Assembly (NCBI RefSeq): GCF_022539665.2
Contig: NC_081333.1
Location: 1,054,001-1,118,000, forward strand
Reading direction: 5' to 3'
Length of the DNA stretch: 64,000 nt
DNA from: Daphnia carinata
Lineage: Eukaryota
Every line of letters begins with the position of its first letter. Position 1 is the stretch's first letter. The notes under the pieces are model-generated. The model searched no databases. It saw only the letters and a list, made by a program, of their open reading frames with translations, and was not told the DNA's origin. Below are positions 11,801 through 24,104 of the stretch, piece after piece. A program made the position numbers and the translations under genes.

Positions 11801-14800
11801 GTCGACAATATCTGTTCCTTTTCTTTGATCCAATTTTCTTCATCTGCCATGTCCCAGTAAAACTGCCAAAGTTTACGGCTTTCTTCCAAGCGAGCACGGC
11901 GTTCGACGGCCAATTTGACCAGTTCGGCATAAGCATCCTGATCAGTCATCGTCACATTAGAAAAGCAGAGAAATCCAAAATTTTTATTTGAAAAATTACC
12001 TCGAGTTGCTGGACGCGATCGACAATAATGGCGGGGTCACACGGGCCGAATCCACCGGTAGCTTCGGTTTCCAAGAATCGCTGAGAGTGTTGAACAACCA
12101 TCTTGACACGCTCTCCCAAAACATTGATGTCGGCTTCGACTAGGGCATGCTTTTGCAGCAAGTCCTCGACACCCATCAAATGTTTGCCATAATCTTCCGA
12201 AAGGAGACGGACTTTGAGCTCTTCCATCGAATCCAGGATGTACAGCATTTCCTTTTATGAAACGATAAAATGATTAAACAATTATAGGCATCGTATAGTG
12301 TAAATAAATCAAACCTGGAAGTTTTGCTGCAGTTGGAGGGAAAGTTCTAAACGCATACGACGGGCTCTAAGCAGTTCAAGGAGATACTGCCACAGACGGA
12401 GAACGTTGTCTTTACGGGCGTTGATGCGATCGATGTCGTGGTAGTTTTCTGCCTCCAATTCCTGGGCAACGGCTACGACGGCCTGAACACGCTCTTCATA
12501 AGCAAGAATGTCCGTCTCGATAGCTTCGTGTTTCTTGGCGGCAGCTTCGACGGCAGCCAAGTCGAATCCGAAATTGTCCTGAGAGAGACGAACAAAAATT
12601 CACGAAATTATTCAGAAACAGGACGTTAGAGTTCCAAATACCTGTGAAACGAGTCGCTGGTTCTCGCTGAGCCAAGTCTCTCTCATGCCCGCCTTGCGAT
12701 CGAAACGAGCAGCCAATTGTTCCAGCTTCTCTTGGCGAATGAGTTCCTCGCGGAGAGTGAGCTCACGTTCGTGTTCCGATTTCTCAAGACGTTCCCAGGC
12801 CTTGTTAATGTCAGAGATCATCTTGCCTTCTTTGGGGAAATAGGGTTTCTGGTTGTTGGCCCTCATCTTTGACTGAAGAGTGAAGAGCAACACTTCAAGG
12901 TTGCCCTTTTCCACAAACTTGGGCGGCTTTTCCAGCGTGCGATAGTTGTTGAATTGCAACAGCTGCTGCTGGACACCGGCCAGTGAATTGGCAAAATCGC
13001 GTTCGCTCAACGATTGGATTGTTGATTCGATCCAGCGAAGCAAGTCGCTCGTCAAAGTCTCGTATTCGGTGATCATGCGATCGTTTTCCATGGCGAGTCC
13101 GACTACTTTGCCGATACGTTTTCCTTGAACGGTTTCTTGCTTTAATTTGGAAAAGTAATGATAGTAGGTGACGACGTAGGTAATGATTGATTTTTCATCA
13201 GGCTGGTCAACGTAAATGTCTTCGGCGTCGAGCAGCTTGGTCAGACCGAGTTTTTGCTCAGCCACGTTGAAGGCGTTGTTGAGGTTGAACATGGCGTTCG
13301 ATTTGGACAGTTTGTCGTATTGAACCAGCTCTGGGCAGTGTTTGTGGATAATGGCGTTGAATGCCAAACCGTCGCGCCACGACGTCGTAAAGTTTCGAAT
13401 ATTAACGTTGTGGTAACCTGCCGTTTTCATTTGACACCACAATAGTAGGGCATCTTTGGCCGAACGTGTCTCGTGGTTGTCTGTCTCTTCGATCGTAATG
13501 TCTTGAATCTGGTATTTTAAATTAAAAAAAAAAGACAAACAGGTTTATAAAAATATGTGATTGCAACTGCAGTGAGACATTGTACGTACCTGGAAACGAA
13601 GAATGATTGTCCAGATAAGACCAAGGGTCAAACGAGAACTGCCGTCGACGATATCGTGCGAGCCCATGTTTTCCAAATGGACACGCTGATCTCGAAGGAA
13701 CTGCAGGGCTTTGTCTACGTTCTCTAGACAATGGATACGCATTTTGCCTTTGGTTGGACGCGGCTAAAAACAAACACACAATTTCAAATAAAGAATTTAA
13801 TCACAAAAAAAAAAAAAGAAATGCATACCAAACGTTCACCGGATAGAACTTCCAATAGTTTTAAAAGCATTTTTCCATCACGGAGATCTGTATAAAGATC
13901 CCCTATGCGATTTCCGACGCGAACCAGATGAGAATTGACCCATTTCTGAAATGTCTTCTTTTGTACACTCTCGCGTTCATCTGTTTAAAATACAATCCAC
14001 GCATTAGCATTCGATATACTGTCAAAGGATAGATCATTGAAATAAGGGAGTAAGCAGAAAGAAAAGTCGCAGGGTGTGGCACCTCGCAATTCTTTGACAA
14101 CGACATCTATATAGTTGTCACACAGAGTAGACGTGGATCGCTTGTTATTATTGAGCACTTGCACATCAGGTGGTTCTGTCGTGGACAATACAATCGGAAC
14201 TATCAAAACGGGTTGCACTCGATCGTTCGGACTGTCCTCATCGTCCGAACTATTGTCTTCACGTTGCACGGCCGATGAATAATTGGCTACCATTGCGTCC
14301 ATTTCTTTAGCGACCGGACGATCAGCCCACGATGCAATGGAGAAACTAGCTCTCGGCTGCGCTACCTGATCGTCTCTACCGCCGCTATCGGACGTTGTGG
14401 CCCAACCAGAGCCTTGTTGATAAGACAAGCTGCAATCATCGTTGGGGTGCCAACTGAACCTTGGTTGTCTGGCAGGACTTTGTTCGGCTAGGGAGCGCTG
14501 AATGTCGGCCGCAACGCGAGCAACGTGCCAGCTACGGCGTTTGTTTGCCGTTGTGCCGGCACGTACTCGAACCACATCTGGCGTTACGTCGACGTCCATT
14601 TGTTTTTCTTAAACGCACAACTATTGAAAATACGACACCGGCCAGCCGAACAGGTGACCCGTCACTGTGTCGATGATGTTTAAGCTTTACTGGTTTCACG
14701 GGGTTCTGACATGAAAAATCTACCGCACTTCCGCACGCGGGCATGCATGATTATTTCACACTCTCTCATTCTCCCTCATCCCGAATGAAGGGAAACAGGG

Positions 14801-15444
14801 CGATTGTAAGCCGGATTTTGACGCCCTCCGATAAAAACATCCCGTGACAAACGGGAACCACCGACCGAAATTTTTCATTTTAACGCGTGTAAAAAAAAAA
14901 TGTTGGTGGCAGTGTTGGTTATTGTTATCAACGTTATGTTATCTGGGGTTTGGTCGTTTTTAGAAATTACAAAAAAAAAAAAAGGTTCACTGTTGAACGA
15001 GCTGAACGATCGGCTACGCGTCCCAAACGACTCTCTCCCACTGATTTGCAGGTATCGTGCCATTTTTATTTTTTAGAATTTAATATTCATAGGCGATCGT
15101 TCAGAAGGTATAGGAGATCGCAGAGTCACGGCTACGAAACTTGTACGTGCATAATGTAAAAGACATTTTTACACCTTTTTCGTTTCTCCCCTGAATGTGA
15201 GCGGATCGGTGGCGGTTTCATCCGGTTTGTTGCGGATTTATTGATAGGGTTCACAAAGTGTGTCACGTGATTCAAAAAAAGAAGTTTGGAGAGGAAAGAA
15301 AAAAAGTATACCTGCAAGAGCTTTGATGCGGGATCGCTCAAAGAGCCTTGACGACGAGTTGCCTCCATCGTAGTCGTAGTCGTCAATGACTTCCTGCTGC
15401 GTCGCCGGGTCCCACCGGACGCTGACGCTGATATCCGTCGTCAT
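2842..15444 (-). CDS. beta-Spec: Beta-spectrin (CH domains, spectrin repeats, C-terminal PH domain); multi-exon
   Basis: Starts [13 protein letters not shown]...[32 protein letters not shown]2 [17 protein letters not shown]; spectrin repeats; PH domain [21 protein letters not shown]; ends [15 protein letters not shown], phase-consistent core exons: 15312-15444, 13829-13980, 13590-13763, 12642-13508, 12315-12578, 12000-12251, 11658-11937, 10134-11593, 9589-10074, 8860-9516, 8297-8794, 7910-8239, 7572-7840, 7369-7507, 7215-7299, 7060-7151, 6891-6995, 5195-5319, 5048-5124, 3689-3904, 3316-3467, 3107-3231, 2842-3034. Confidence 0.97.
4228..4323 (-). CDS. beta-Spec: Beta-spectrin candidate cassette exon (96 nt, phase 1-1, Ser/Pro-rich)
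   Basis: attccag acceptor, gtaaat donor, open in frame ([32 protein letters not shown]). Confidence 0.65.
4861..4902 (-). CDS. beta-Spec: Beta-spectrin candidate 42-nt cassette exon (phase 1-1)
   Basis: ctcaaag acceptor, strong CAG|GTAAGA donor, in frame ([14 protein letters not shown]). Confidence 0.55.
5501..6367 (-). CDS. beta-Spec: Beta-spectrin candidate large cassette exon (867 nt, 289 aa, Ser-rich, basic cluster)
   Basis: cactttag acceptor directly before the ATG at 6367; AAG|GTACGT donor at 5500; phase 0-0; open throughout. Confidence 0.65.
6492..6581 (-). CDS. beta-Spec: Beta-spectrin candidate cassette exon (90 nt, phase 0-0)
   Basis: acaaaag acceptor, gtagct donor; [30 protein letters not shown]. 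The start mimics the constitutive YELKE that follows ERLTT. Confidence 0.55.
14083..14599 (-). CDS. beta-Spec: Beta-spectrin candidate alternative first coding exon (172 aa disordered N-terminus)
   Basis: acaaATG start; 517 nt ending CGAG|GTGCCA in phase 1, joining exon 2 as ...VVKELR/DERE, parallel to ...IKALA/DERE. Confidence 0.6.
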
Positions 15445-18400
15445 TTTCCGTTTCTCTTCTTCCTCTTCGTCTTTTTTTGGGGGGGATGGTCAGGGGATTC
15501 TCAAGTTTGACTTCAAACAGCCACTTCCCTAAGCAAATTGACAGTCTAGCCGTACTAAAAAAAAACAACTGCAAAATAAAACAAAATAAGAAAATTAATT
15601 TTTTTCAAGAAGAGATAAACGCGATTAAAGGGTGCAGTGTACACGACAAGAATAGTGAATCAATCAAAACACGCTACGAGGCTAAAATAGAAAATCTTCA
15701 TTCATTTCCCACAGACGAGTGAACGTAATAATAACGTGCATGTTTGGCATCGAATCCGTTACGCCCACCAACCAGTGAAAAATAGGAAAATAAAAAATCC
15801 CAAAATGTTTGTGCTTGTTTGTTTCCCCCCACAGTGATAAGTGCTGCCATCTGAATGCCGTCGAATCCCAGACAGCCGCACCCAGACGCCATCTCTGCCA
15901 TGCAAATAGAGAAAGTCGACGGTTTTTGTTGTGTCGGCCAAATGCCCAGAAGGTGGAAGATATACTCGGGTGATGACCGCATCGCCGATTCCAGACGATG
16001 TCTTGGCTCAACAACTCGCATTCTCGATCGATCGTAGTGAAGAAAAAACTCGGAGCATTTGAACTTGTCAAGGGAATAGTCCAACTTTGTAATGAGCTTC
16101 TTCCTGCCGGACGAAGTCACAGGCTAGACGGGAAACTGGAAAAATGCGGCTGCCTTTTTAATTCGACTTTCATTTTTAATGTTAAACAGCTGCCAACGTG
16201 ATTACTCCCCGATAAAAAGAACTATTTATAAAATATCGCATTTAAACCAAAAAGAAACCTTACAAAAAGGGAATCCTTATCAGAGAGTGAATACGGTGAA
16301 AATCCATTGATTAGCGTGATAAGCAACAAAGAGCTGATCCTCAAAACGTCGTTAAACTTGATTGTGATTAGGTTATCAAAGAACATGGACGCTGTTGTTC
16401 TCACTGGGGGCAAAATGTTAGGAATAAAACTACATCTCGACGAGTACTCAATCTACTGTAGAAAGGGCAAAAAGAAGCCAGGCGTCAATGTTGTCATAAA
16501 TCGAATGACCGACCACGATTCATAAACTGGCTCATAACCGGAAGCAAATCCAGCTATTTATCTTCAAAAACTTGCCGTATAAAAGAGATCTCTTTCTTGT
16601 TTCCACAATGGTCCGTGTGTTGCTTCGTATACAACGATTTACGTTTGTTAAGCAGCTTCATCGACATGGCCTCATATCAACACGTGCAACTGAAGCAAAC
16701 AAACATGTCAAAAAAAAAAAGACGCTCGCCACTAGACGGAAGGGGAACATTGTCACAGGGTATTCGGGATGGTGGGGCGTCGGTGGAAATGGGTGTAGGG
16801 GGAGACCGTCTATTGATCGTGTTCCACTCCCTTCTCTTCCATTCCACGTTGCCAGTTTTTGTAGGCGACGCCCGAGAGCATTTCACTAAAGGCACCGTTA
16901 CGCCGTTCGTCAACACAAGGGAAGGCTCTTTCTATCTCTTTATGTTCTTGAAGATGACGTGACGTCATTACTTTTTACTTTAAAAAGAAAAAAAAAGGGG
17001 GACTGGAAAGCGAAATCGATATAATCTCTAACTGGGTTTGTTTTTTTCATAATCCAATTAGATAACAAACTCTTGACGAAAATAACTGTTTTTTAGGGGG
17101 TCACCTGCTTATTTCACCATCCCCTCTCACGACCTTAATGACGATCAAGTTACCTCGGCAACGGGAATTTCATTCAGAATGGAGTTCTCATATTGATCAA
17201 ACATGGGATGGGAAGCAGGTTTTTTAAGTTTCTAGCTCGAGATGACGGGCCGCACGCCATCGGCCATTCGACCCGAAAGCGGCGAGCTTCTACGAAAACC
17301 ACACGAGAAGAGTTTTCATTTGTTGGTCGGATGTGGTTAAAGTATTATTCGGCGCGGTCAGCCCGACGTCGCCCTAGCGTCCTAGCCCTCGGCAGCGGCT
17401 GTTTTGTTGGTTAGGGCAACAACGTCTGGTGTGACAAGGAGGGCAGCAAGCAGAAACGAGCAGAAGAGATGCGAGCCAACATTTCGGGGCCCAATACAGT
17501 GAAAATATCCCGCCAGTTACTAAAATAGACAAGCCTCTCTGAATGGTATGTGTCCGCACGGCTGCCTCTCTTTTACACTGGCTTGTAGTAGAAAGAAAAA
17601 AAAGGGACATGAACATGTAAAATGCCAGCTGGTCAGCAGCCTATGCACACTACACCAAGACTAAAAGCCTCGTTTTCTTGTGTTTGGCGATTCCTGACAG
17701 ATCGCCGATCTGCCTAAAACGGGTTTGCTTCTACCTTCTTTTTGTACCGACATTTCTCTATTGTTGTAACCAACAGCCAAGCCCAGCCCCTCCTACCATA
17801 ACTTTCAGCTGATCAACTTGCTTCGTTGCAACTCCCGAGATACTACGAAGATGACACGAACATAAAAATTAACGAATTTCCATATGCCATCAGCTTCTAG
17901 AGCACGAAAATGATTCCAGTTAAAGAGCCGACGAAGCGGCACCGGCTTTCCAACTTTGGGTTTTCTGGTGTCTTGCACCAGACAACGGCGTCCCCGTGCA
18001 CGCAGACGTGTAACACACCCAACACAAAACAAGACATGATCTCACTACATAACAATCCAACTTGGTTCACTCACCTGATCGAATTGACACGTATCCTTGT
18101 TTCCTATTCAAAGATGATTTAGAATATGCCGATATTAGCTCATTGAGATACAGGATATTGTGGTGGAAAGGGCTCCCGATAGCGACAGAGCGGCCACTCA
18201 CACTCACAAACGCCGTCACCAACAACTCGAGTTTTCCAAAGCCTCTCAGCGAATCCAAAGCCTCGCCCAAAGACTAATGCGCTGGCCAGCTACAGTAGTT
18301 CTAATAGTAATAATTTCAGTACTGCCATTGCCCCAAATTGTTAAACAAATCAAAAAGAACCCGTATTTCAAGCACAAATTACGTAATGTTGTACTTCTTC

Positions 18401-18784
18401 TTGTTATTCCTTCAATTTTTTTTTCTTTTATTACCGTTTTCGTACAAATATATCCGCCCCGCTTATCAGTAAACAGCAACTCACCATCACCTTATCAGAC
18501 TTTAAATACTTATTGGCGACCGAAACTCAACAACAAATATTGACTTATGTTTTTTCACTGAGCTTTACTGAACTCTGATTTTATGTAGTTTCTACCAGCT
18601 GTTTAGTTTGCATCTTCTACAATAATAATATCGTCATTTCGTGAAATGTTTTACTCTCACCTATTTAATTGATCCTGACTCGTTTTCGTTTAAACTTGTT
18701 AAAATGATGTACCAACTTGTTTTTTGGCTCTCACTGTTCAGGATTTTTGAAGATGACGTACATCAACTTTTCTTAAAACGACAG

Positions 18785-20598
18785 TTCCCTGTGATGGTGT
18801 TTTTCTCAAGTGTCCGCCCATGAGTCATGAGTCACCCAAAAAAGAAACCGGTTTGAATTTTATGATTGATGAAACTACGGATAGAGGGCGAAAGGTGCTG
18901 GCATGGCACATGTGTTGTCATGGTTATCTGGATAGGTGGGTGGAGGAGAAGTGAGGTAAACATTTTTCGGCTAATCGTGCCGTATTTTTGTAAATTTTAA
19001 AAAACTGAGTTTGTTCTTTCTTCTCACTTATTTTACAATAAATATATTGTGATTGAAAAAACAACAAGAAATGCATTCGTCTTGTATTCTTACCGTTAAT
19101 GGTTCCATGGAATCCAAGGGTCTTGAAAAAATAAGAAGTTTACGTGAGATTTAGGTGTTATTCATTTACTAAAAGAAAAAATATTAGGAAAACGGTGTAG
19201 ATTACTTCGGATATAGAATAGTTTAAACCGGACAAGTTCCGAGGTTTCAGGGGAAAAAAGTGGCCTCTGAGGGGAGAAATCATTGAAAATTGTATGGCTC
19301 CTATGAAGTTACACCAGATGAAAGAAACAAAATCAAAAGTGAAAACTTCTAATATGGCATCAGTTACATTTGAACGTCTAATGGGTATATATTTGTAATA
19401 TTCATTGATGAATAATAATCTAACCTTGTTGGCACGTGGAACTGCGAATGCTGTATGCAAATAACCGAATGACGTAACGAAAGCGTCATTCATTGGGAAA
19501 TAGCGATCTCTCATTCTCTATGCAAGTGCTGCTGAAAATAAGTTTGTGGTATGGGTATGACTGATCACTTGTTTCTGCACAATAGAAAATAATCCCACCA
19601 CAAACGATATCGCCAGATCTTAAGATTTCTGCAGTAGAACCAAGGCCATTCCGTTGTTCATGGAAACCGACAAGAAGGGAGAAAGGTAACCTTTTTATCT
19701 GCGTAGGCTGTCAACATTCCAGAAGGAAACGATAAAAACTATCTTTTAAAATACTTACATACATTTAAGTTTAAAAAGTAGTTCATGTAATACTATTGCA
19801 ACATGAGAGAGGCAAATTAATGATTTGATACTACGTCATACTCCTAGTACGGTTAGAACAAGTGAAGCGTATATCCAATGAATATGGTTATATATTCTTG
19901 GAACGTATTAGAAATCGTAATTGACATTTAAAAATATGTTTACCAAAAAAACAGCTTGCATTTTGTTCGTTGCAGGGAGATAAAAACAAGTGACTTATAA
20001 TCTGCATTACTGCACCATTAGTCATCAACTCGAATTAGCAACTATAACGAGTAACATTTTGTTTGTTTACCTCGTTACTTGGTCCTCTGTCACATTAAAA
20101 AGAGGAGGAGGTACACATTGTATAACATATTATACACTAATATGGAAAAGCCACGCGTAAATATAGTGGAAGTAAATGTAAGTTGGCATTTTTATTCAAA
20201 ATTAATAATGCGATGGTTTGAACAATTATAATCTAACTTTTTGTTGAGAATCTGTCATTTTCTAGCTGAAAAGTACAGAGGAATTATCGAAGTTAATAAG
20301 CAAAAATCTTGCTCAAGTTATTCGTTTTTCGAGTAACCAAGACCTAAAGGAATCGTGCTTCAGTTTACTAGGTGTAAACAATTCTTATGAAGCTGAAAAA
20401 GTCATTTACCAGCAACTCAAAGAATGGAAGAAGAAACCTTCTACTGAAAAAAGAAGTTCTGTATCTCAGCCGCCTGCACAAAAATGCAAAGTATTCTTGC
20501 CTATAAGTCATTGGAATTTCGCAAACCTATTTTTGATTCGACAGTTTGATAGCCAATTGACCAAAATGATACACAACGATTTGGAAGATTGGGAATAA
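18785..20598 (+). mobile_element. Decayed KDZ (Kyakuja-Dileera-Zisupton)-like transposase relic / pseudogene
   Basis: Ordered motif remnants across frameshifts and stops: PCDGVFLKC, IDETT (D at 18868), MCCHG (CCHG 18913-18924), GGGE (18939-18950), FFG*SC (18963-18980), FHG (19103-19111), FKPDKFRGFRG...GEIIEN (GEIIEN 19273-19290), TSNM. Also exon-like open segments ~19584-19685 and ~20266-20598. Confidence 0.45.
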
Positions 20599-20661
20599 CA
20601 AACTAGTATTCAATTGACTGACACATACAGGATACAGAAGAGCAATTTAAAAATTTTAATT

Positions 20662-21169
20662 TCATTCTTTCTTATCTTCTTGTTCAATAAGGGCAGACTG
20701 GATTCCAACTTTTTGTAGTTCTTCTATCAACTCCCCATTTTTATGCATTTGCAATAAAATATCACAGCCACCAACAAATTCTCCACCAATAAAAATTTGG
20801 GGTATGGTTGGCCAGTTGGTGAATTCCTTGATACCTTTTGAAATAGCACATTCAGACTCTGGTTCCATATCATATTTACACACTGTTATGTAACGAATTA
20901 CCTTGTCTCATGCTCTCATCCTCCAGCACGTTGTGAGCATCGTAATTTGTAACTCCATGCATTCTAAAAATTTGAACAACTGCATTGCTGAAGCCACACA
21001 TTGGTTGCTCAGGTACTCCTTTCATGAAGACAACTACTTTGTTTTTCTTTACCATCTGTTCAAACTGCTCTTTGGGTAATACAGTAGAATAACGTGAAAC
21101 TGAAAGGTGTTTTTTCAGAACTACTGATTGAAACAAAGCCTTGGAACACCTCTGAATTGCAGTCGTCAT
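20662..21169 (-). CDS. GLRX5: Monothiol glutaredoxin-5, mitochondrial (2 exons)
   Basis: Basic transit-like N-terminus, [17 protein letters not shown] (CGFS motif), [18 protein letters not shown]; exons 20902-21169 and 20662-20834. Confidence 0.96.
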
Positions 21170-21833
21170 CTTGTTCAACTCCAACTAGGCTGAATTCAGT
21201 TTAAAATAGATGTTCACGTAGAAGTGTCGTAACGCGACCAGACGAAAAACAGAACGACATGAATGTGTATCACGGCGTGATTGCCAGGTGTTCCATGCGA
21301 GAAGTTGTTTAATTGTTCATTCAGATTTTCAAAGTTGTCGAACTCTGCTTTATTGTTTAAAAAAAAACAAGTTGTGGCCGATGCCTTTAGTCAAACATCC
21401 CCAGTATTAAACGTAAACTTAAATACAAAAATCTAGCCAACTAACCGACTAGAAATTAAATAAAGCATAAAGCGCGACCATTTTAATCTTTAGATCATAT
21501 TAATAGTCACAAGTTATTCACAGAACAAGATGTCAACTGGCAACATCGTCAACGTGTATTGGACAAATGTATTTTCGGTAACGAAATTTTCCTTACCATT
21601 TTGATTAAGAAACGACGCCCGTCAACTACGATGTGTCTTTAAGTAATCCGTTAACGGAGTGACTTTCACTCACGCTATCCCGACGTGCTTTGCACTAGAT
21701 GGATTTGAACCGCTTGTCTCAGTAACAAAAATCGACAGTAGGTTGCGCAAGTTTCAAATTGTCTGAGCAATAACAAGTTGCACACGCACGAAATGGTCCT
21801 GACGTAACAGTCAGTAGACAAGCAACTTCGAAA
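21170..21833. promoter_or_regulatory. Putative bidirectional promoter between GLRX5 and LDHD
   Basis: Divergent ATGs ~660 nt apart; inverted TTGCCAG (21281-21287) / CTGGCAA (21537-21543); Inr-like TCAGT at 21811. Confidence 0.55.
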
Positions 21834-24104
21834 ATGCACTTTTGGTTATTTACGTCTCGAGTTTTACAGAATTTGCCAGGTAATGCCTTGGTTGGCCATT
21901 CACGTAACTTCCACTATTTTAAGCCTTTGTTACAGTCAACTAGAAATCGTCCATCGGTAATTAATGGTTTTTTAATATGAAAATTAACTATGAGGCAACC
22001 GAGACACTATAACTAAGTTGTCTGAATGTGTGAACCTTGCATAGGTGGAAACAATAACAACACTCAAGCTAGATTTGAGAAAAAAATTGGGGCGAGATAG
22101 TGTTTCCGACAAAGACGCGATACGCAAACAGCACAGTCGAGACGAAGGTGTTGAAAGGCATAACAATCTTGCTGATTTGGTTGTTTGGCCTAAAAGTACA
22201 GAAGAATGCTCAATCATTGCCTCTGTCTGCTCTGAAAATAAAATTCCAATGATCCCTTTTGGCACGGGAACTGGCCTGGAATCGGGTGTCTGTGCCCCTT
22301 ATGTATGAAAACAAAAACGACTCGCCGTTTTAGCCTTAATTATTTTTTTACTCCTTTTTAAAAAAATCTTAAAGGGAGGTGTAAGCGTCGACATGAGTAA
22401 AATGGATCAGATTGTTGATTTTAATCCAGAAGATTTTGATGTTACTGTTCAACCTGGAGTTACAAGAAAAGGACTAAATCATTTCCTTAAAGACCATGGA
22501 CTTTGGTTCCCTGTTGGTAATATTTGCCATCATATTATTCCAACGTAACAATTAACTGAAGACATGAAATAGATCCTGGCGCTGATGCATCGTTGTGCGG
22601 TATGACTGCTACAAGTGCATCGGGCACCAACGCTGTCCGTTACGGCACTATGCGGGAAAATGTACTAAATGTTGAGGTTTGTTAGTTTGTTTCACCCACC
22701 ATGTCTGTTGAATAAGCCGCAACATCAAATACTGTATAAACATATTTTTTTCAAAGGTTGTTTTAGCCGATGGTCGCGTCCTTCACAGTGCAGGAGAGAA
22801 CCGTCGATCTAAGTTGACCAAATTGTTCAACAATATGACAGAAAATTTCAAGAATTTATGTCTTGTTTAGAAAAACATCCGCCGGTTTCAACTTGACCAA
22901 CTTGTTTGTTGGATCGGAAGGTTGTCTTGGATTTATTACGAAATCCACTCTGAAGATTTATGGCATGCCGGAAATGATGCTTTCAGCCGTTTGTGCATTT
23001 ACCACTATTAAGGCCGCCGTGGATACCTGTGTCCAAATATTGCAATCCAATATTCCTATTGCACGCATAGGTAACACACAAAGCTATCCACTGTCTGACA
23101 TTACCTGATTTCCATTCCCAACATATCGGGATAGAACTTATGGACGACGTGGCGATGGACATGTGCAATAACCATAACAAGTTGGATTATAAAGTGGCAC
23201 CCACGCTGTAAGATTTCGCCTTTTTATGACTCTCTCGTCATATTTTCATACAGGACAATGATACCAATACGTATCTTTTAAACAACACGATGTTTTGTGT
23301 AACACAGATTTCTGGAATTTCATGGTTCGGAAGACTCTGTCAAATCTCAAGCAAAATTTGCAGGTAAAATCACTTATTCTGTTTACTGCTTTACCTGAAA
23401 TATGACGATATATCCAGGTGAAATTGCTGCTTACAATGGAGGTTCAGAGTTTCGCTGGGCATATGAAACTGAGGACCGAAATCGTCTTTGGAAAGCTCGA
23501 CACGATATATACTGGACCACTCTTCAGTGTAATCCCGGATGCCGAGCAATCATTACTGATGTTTGTGTTCCTATAACCTCCTTACCGGACCTTATCGCTC
23601 AGACGAAAATTGACATTCGTGAATCGGGGGTAGTTGGTAAAATAAAATGACAATTGCATTTACCTTGCATAATACTTTCCTTGTTGCTCAGGGCCATGTC
23701 TTGGACATGTTGGGGATGGTAACTTCCATACTTTCCTGGTTTTTAATCCAAACAAACCTGAGGAATTTAAAAAGGCTGAGACACTAGCTGCGCGTATGAC
23801 AAAGTAAACATCTGGTCTTTTCGTTCTTTACAATCCAATCCTAAAAATTAATTTGGCTGTACAGGAGGGCCTTAGACTTGAATGGCACATGCACTGGAGA
23901 GCACGGTGAGTAGTGAGACTTTGTTTGTTCTATAAAGCTCAACTCAAATTGCGTTGCAAAAATTTAGGAATTGGAATTGGAAAAATGAAGTATCTAGAAA
24001 AAGAAATGGGGCCAGTAGGAATAGAAATGATGAAGTCAATTAAAAAAACACTTGATCCTCATTGGCTCATGAACCCCGGTAAGATTTTCCTTTCGGACTA
24101 TTGA
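21834..24104 (+). CDS. LDHD: Probable mitochondrial D-lactate dehydrogenase (FAD-linked oxidase, VAO/PCMH family), 12 exons
   Basis: [82 protein letters not shown]. Exons 21834-21956, 22045-22302, 22375-22516, 22573-22676, 22757-22812, 22871-23070, 23135-23207, 23308-23363, 23418-23636, 23692-23803, 23865-23905, 23968-24104; AATAAA at 24255. Confidence 0.95.

Noticed and set aside
7512..13445. Many plus-strand and off-frame ORFs over beta-spectrin
   Set aside because: Shadow ORFs of a codon-biased minus-strand gene.
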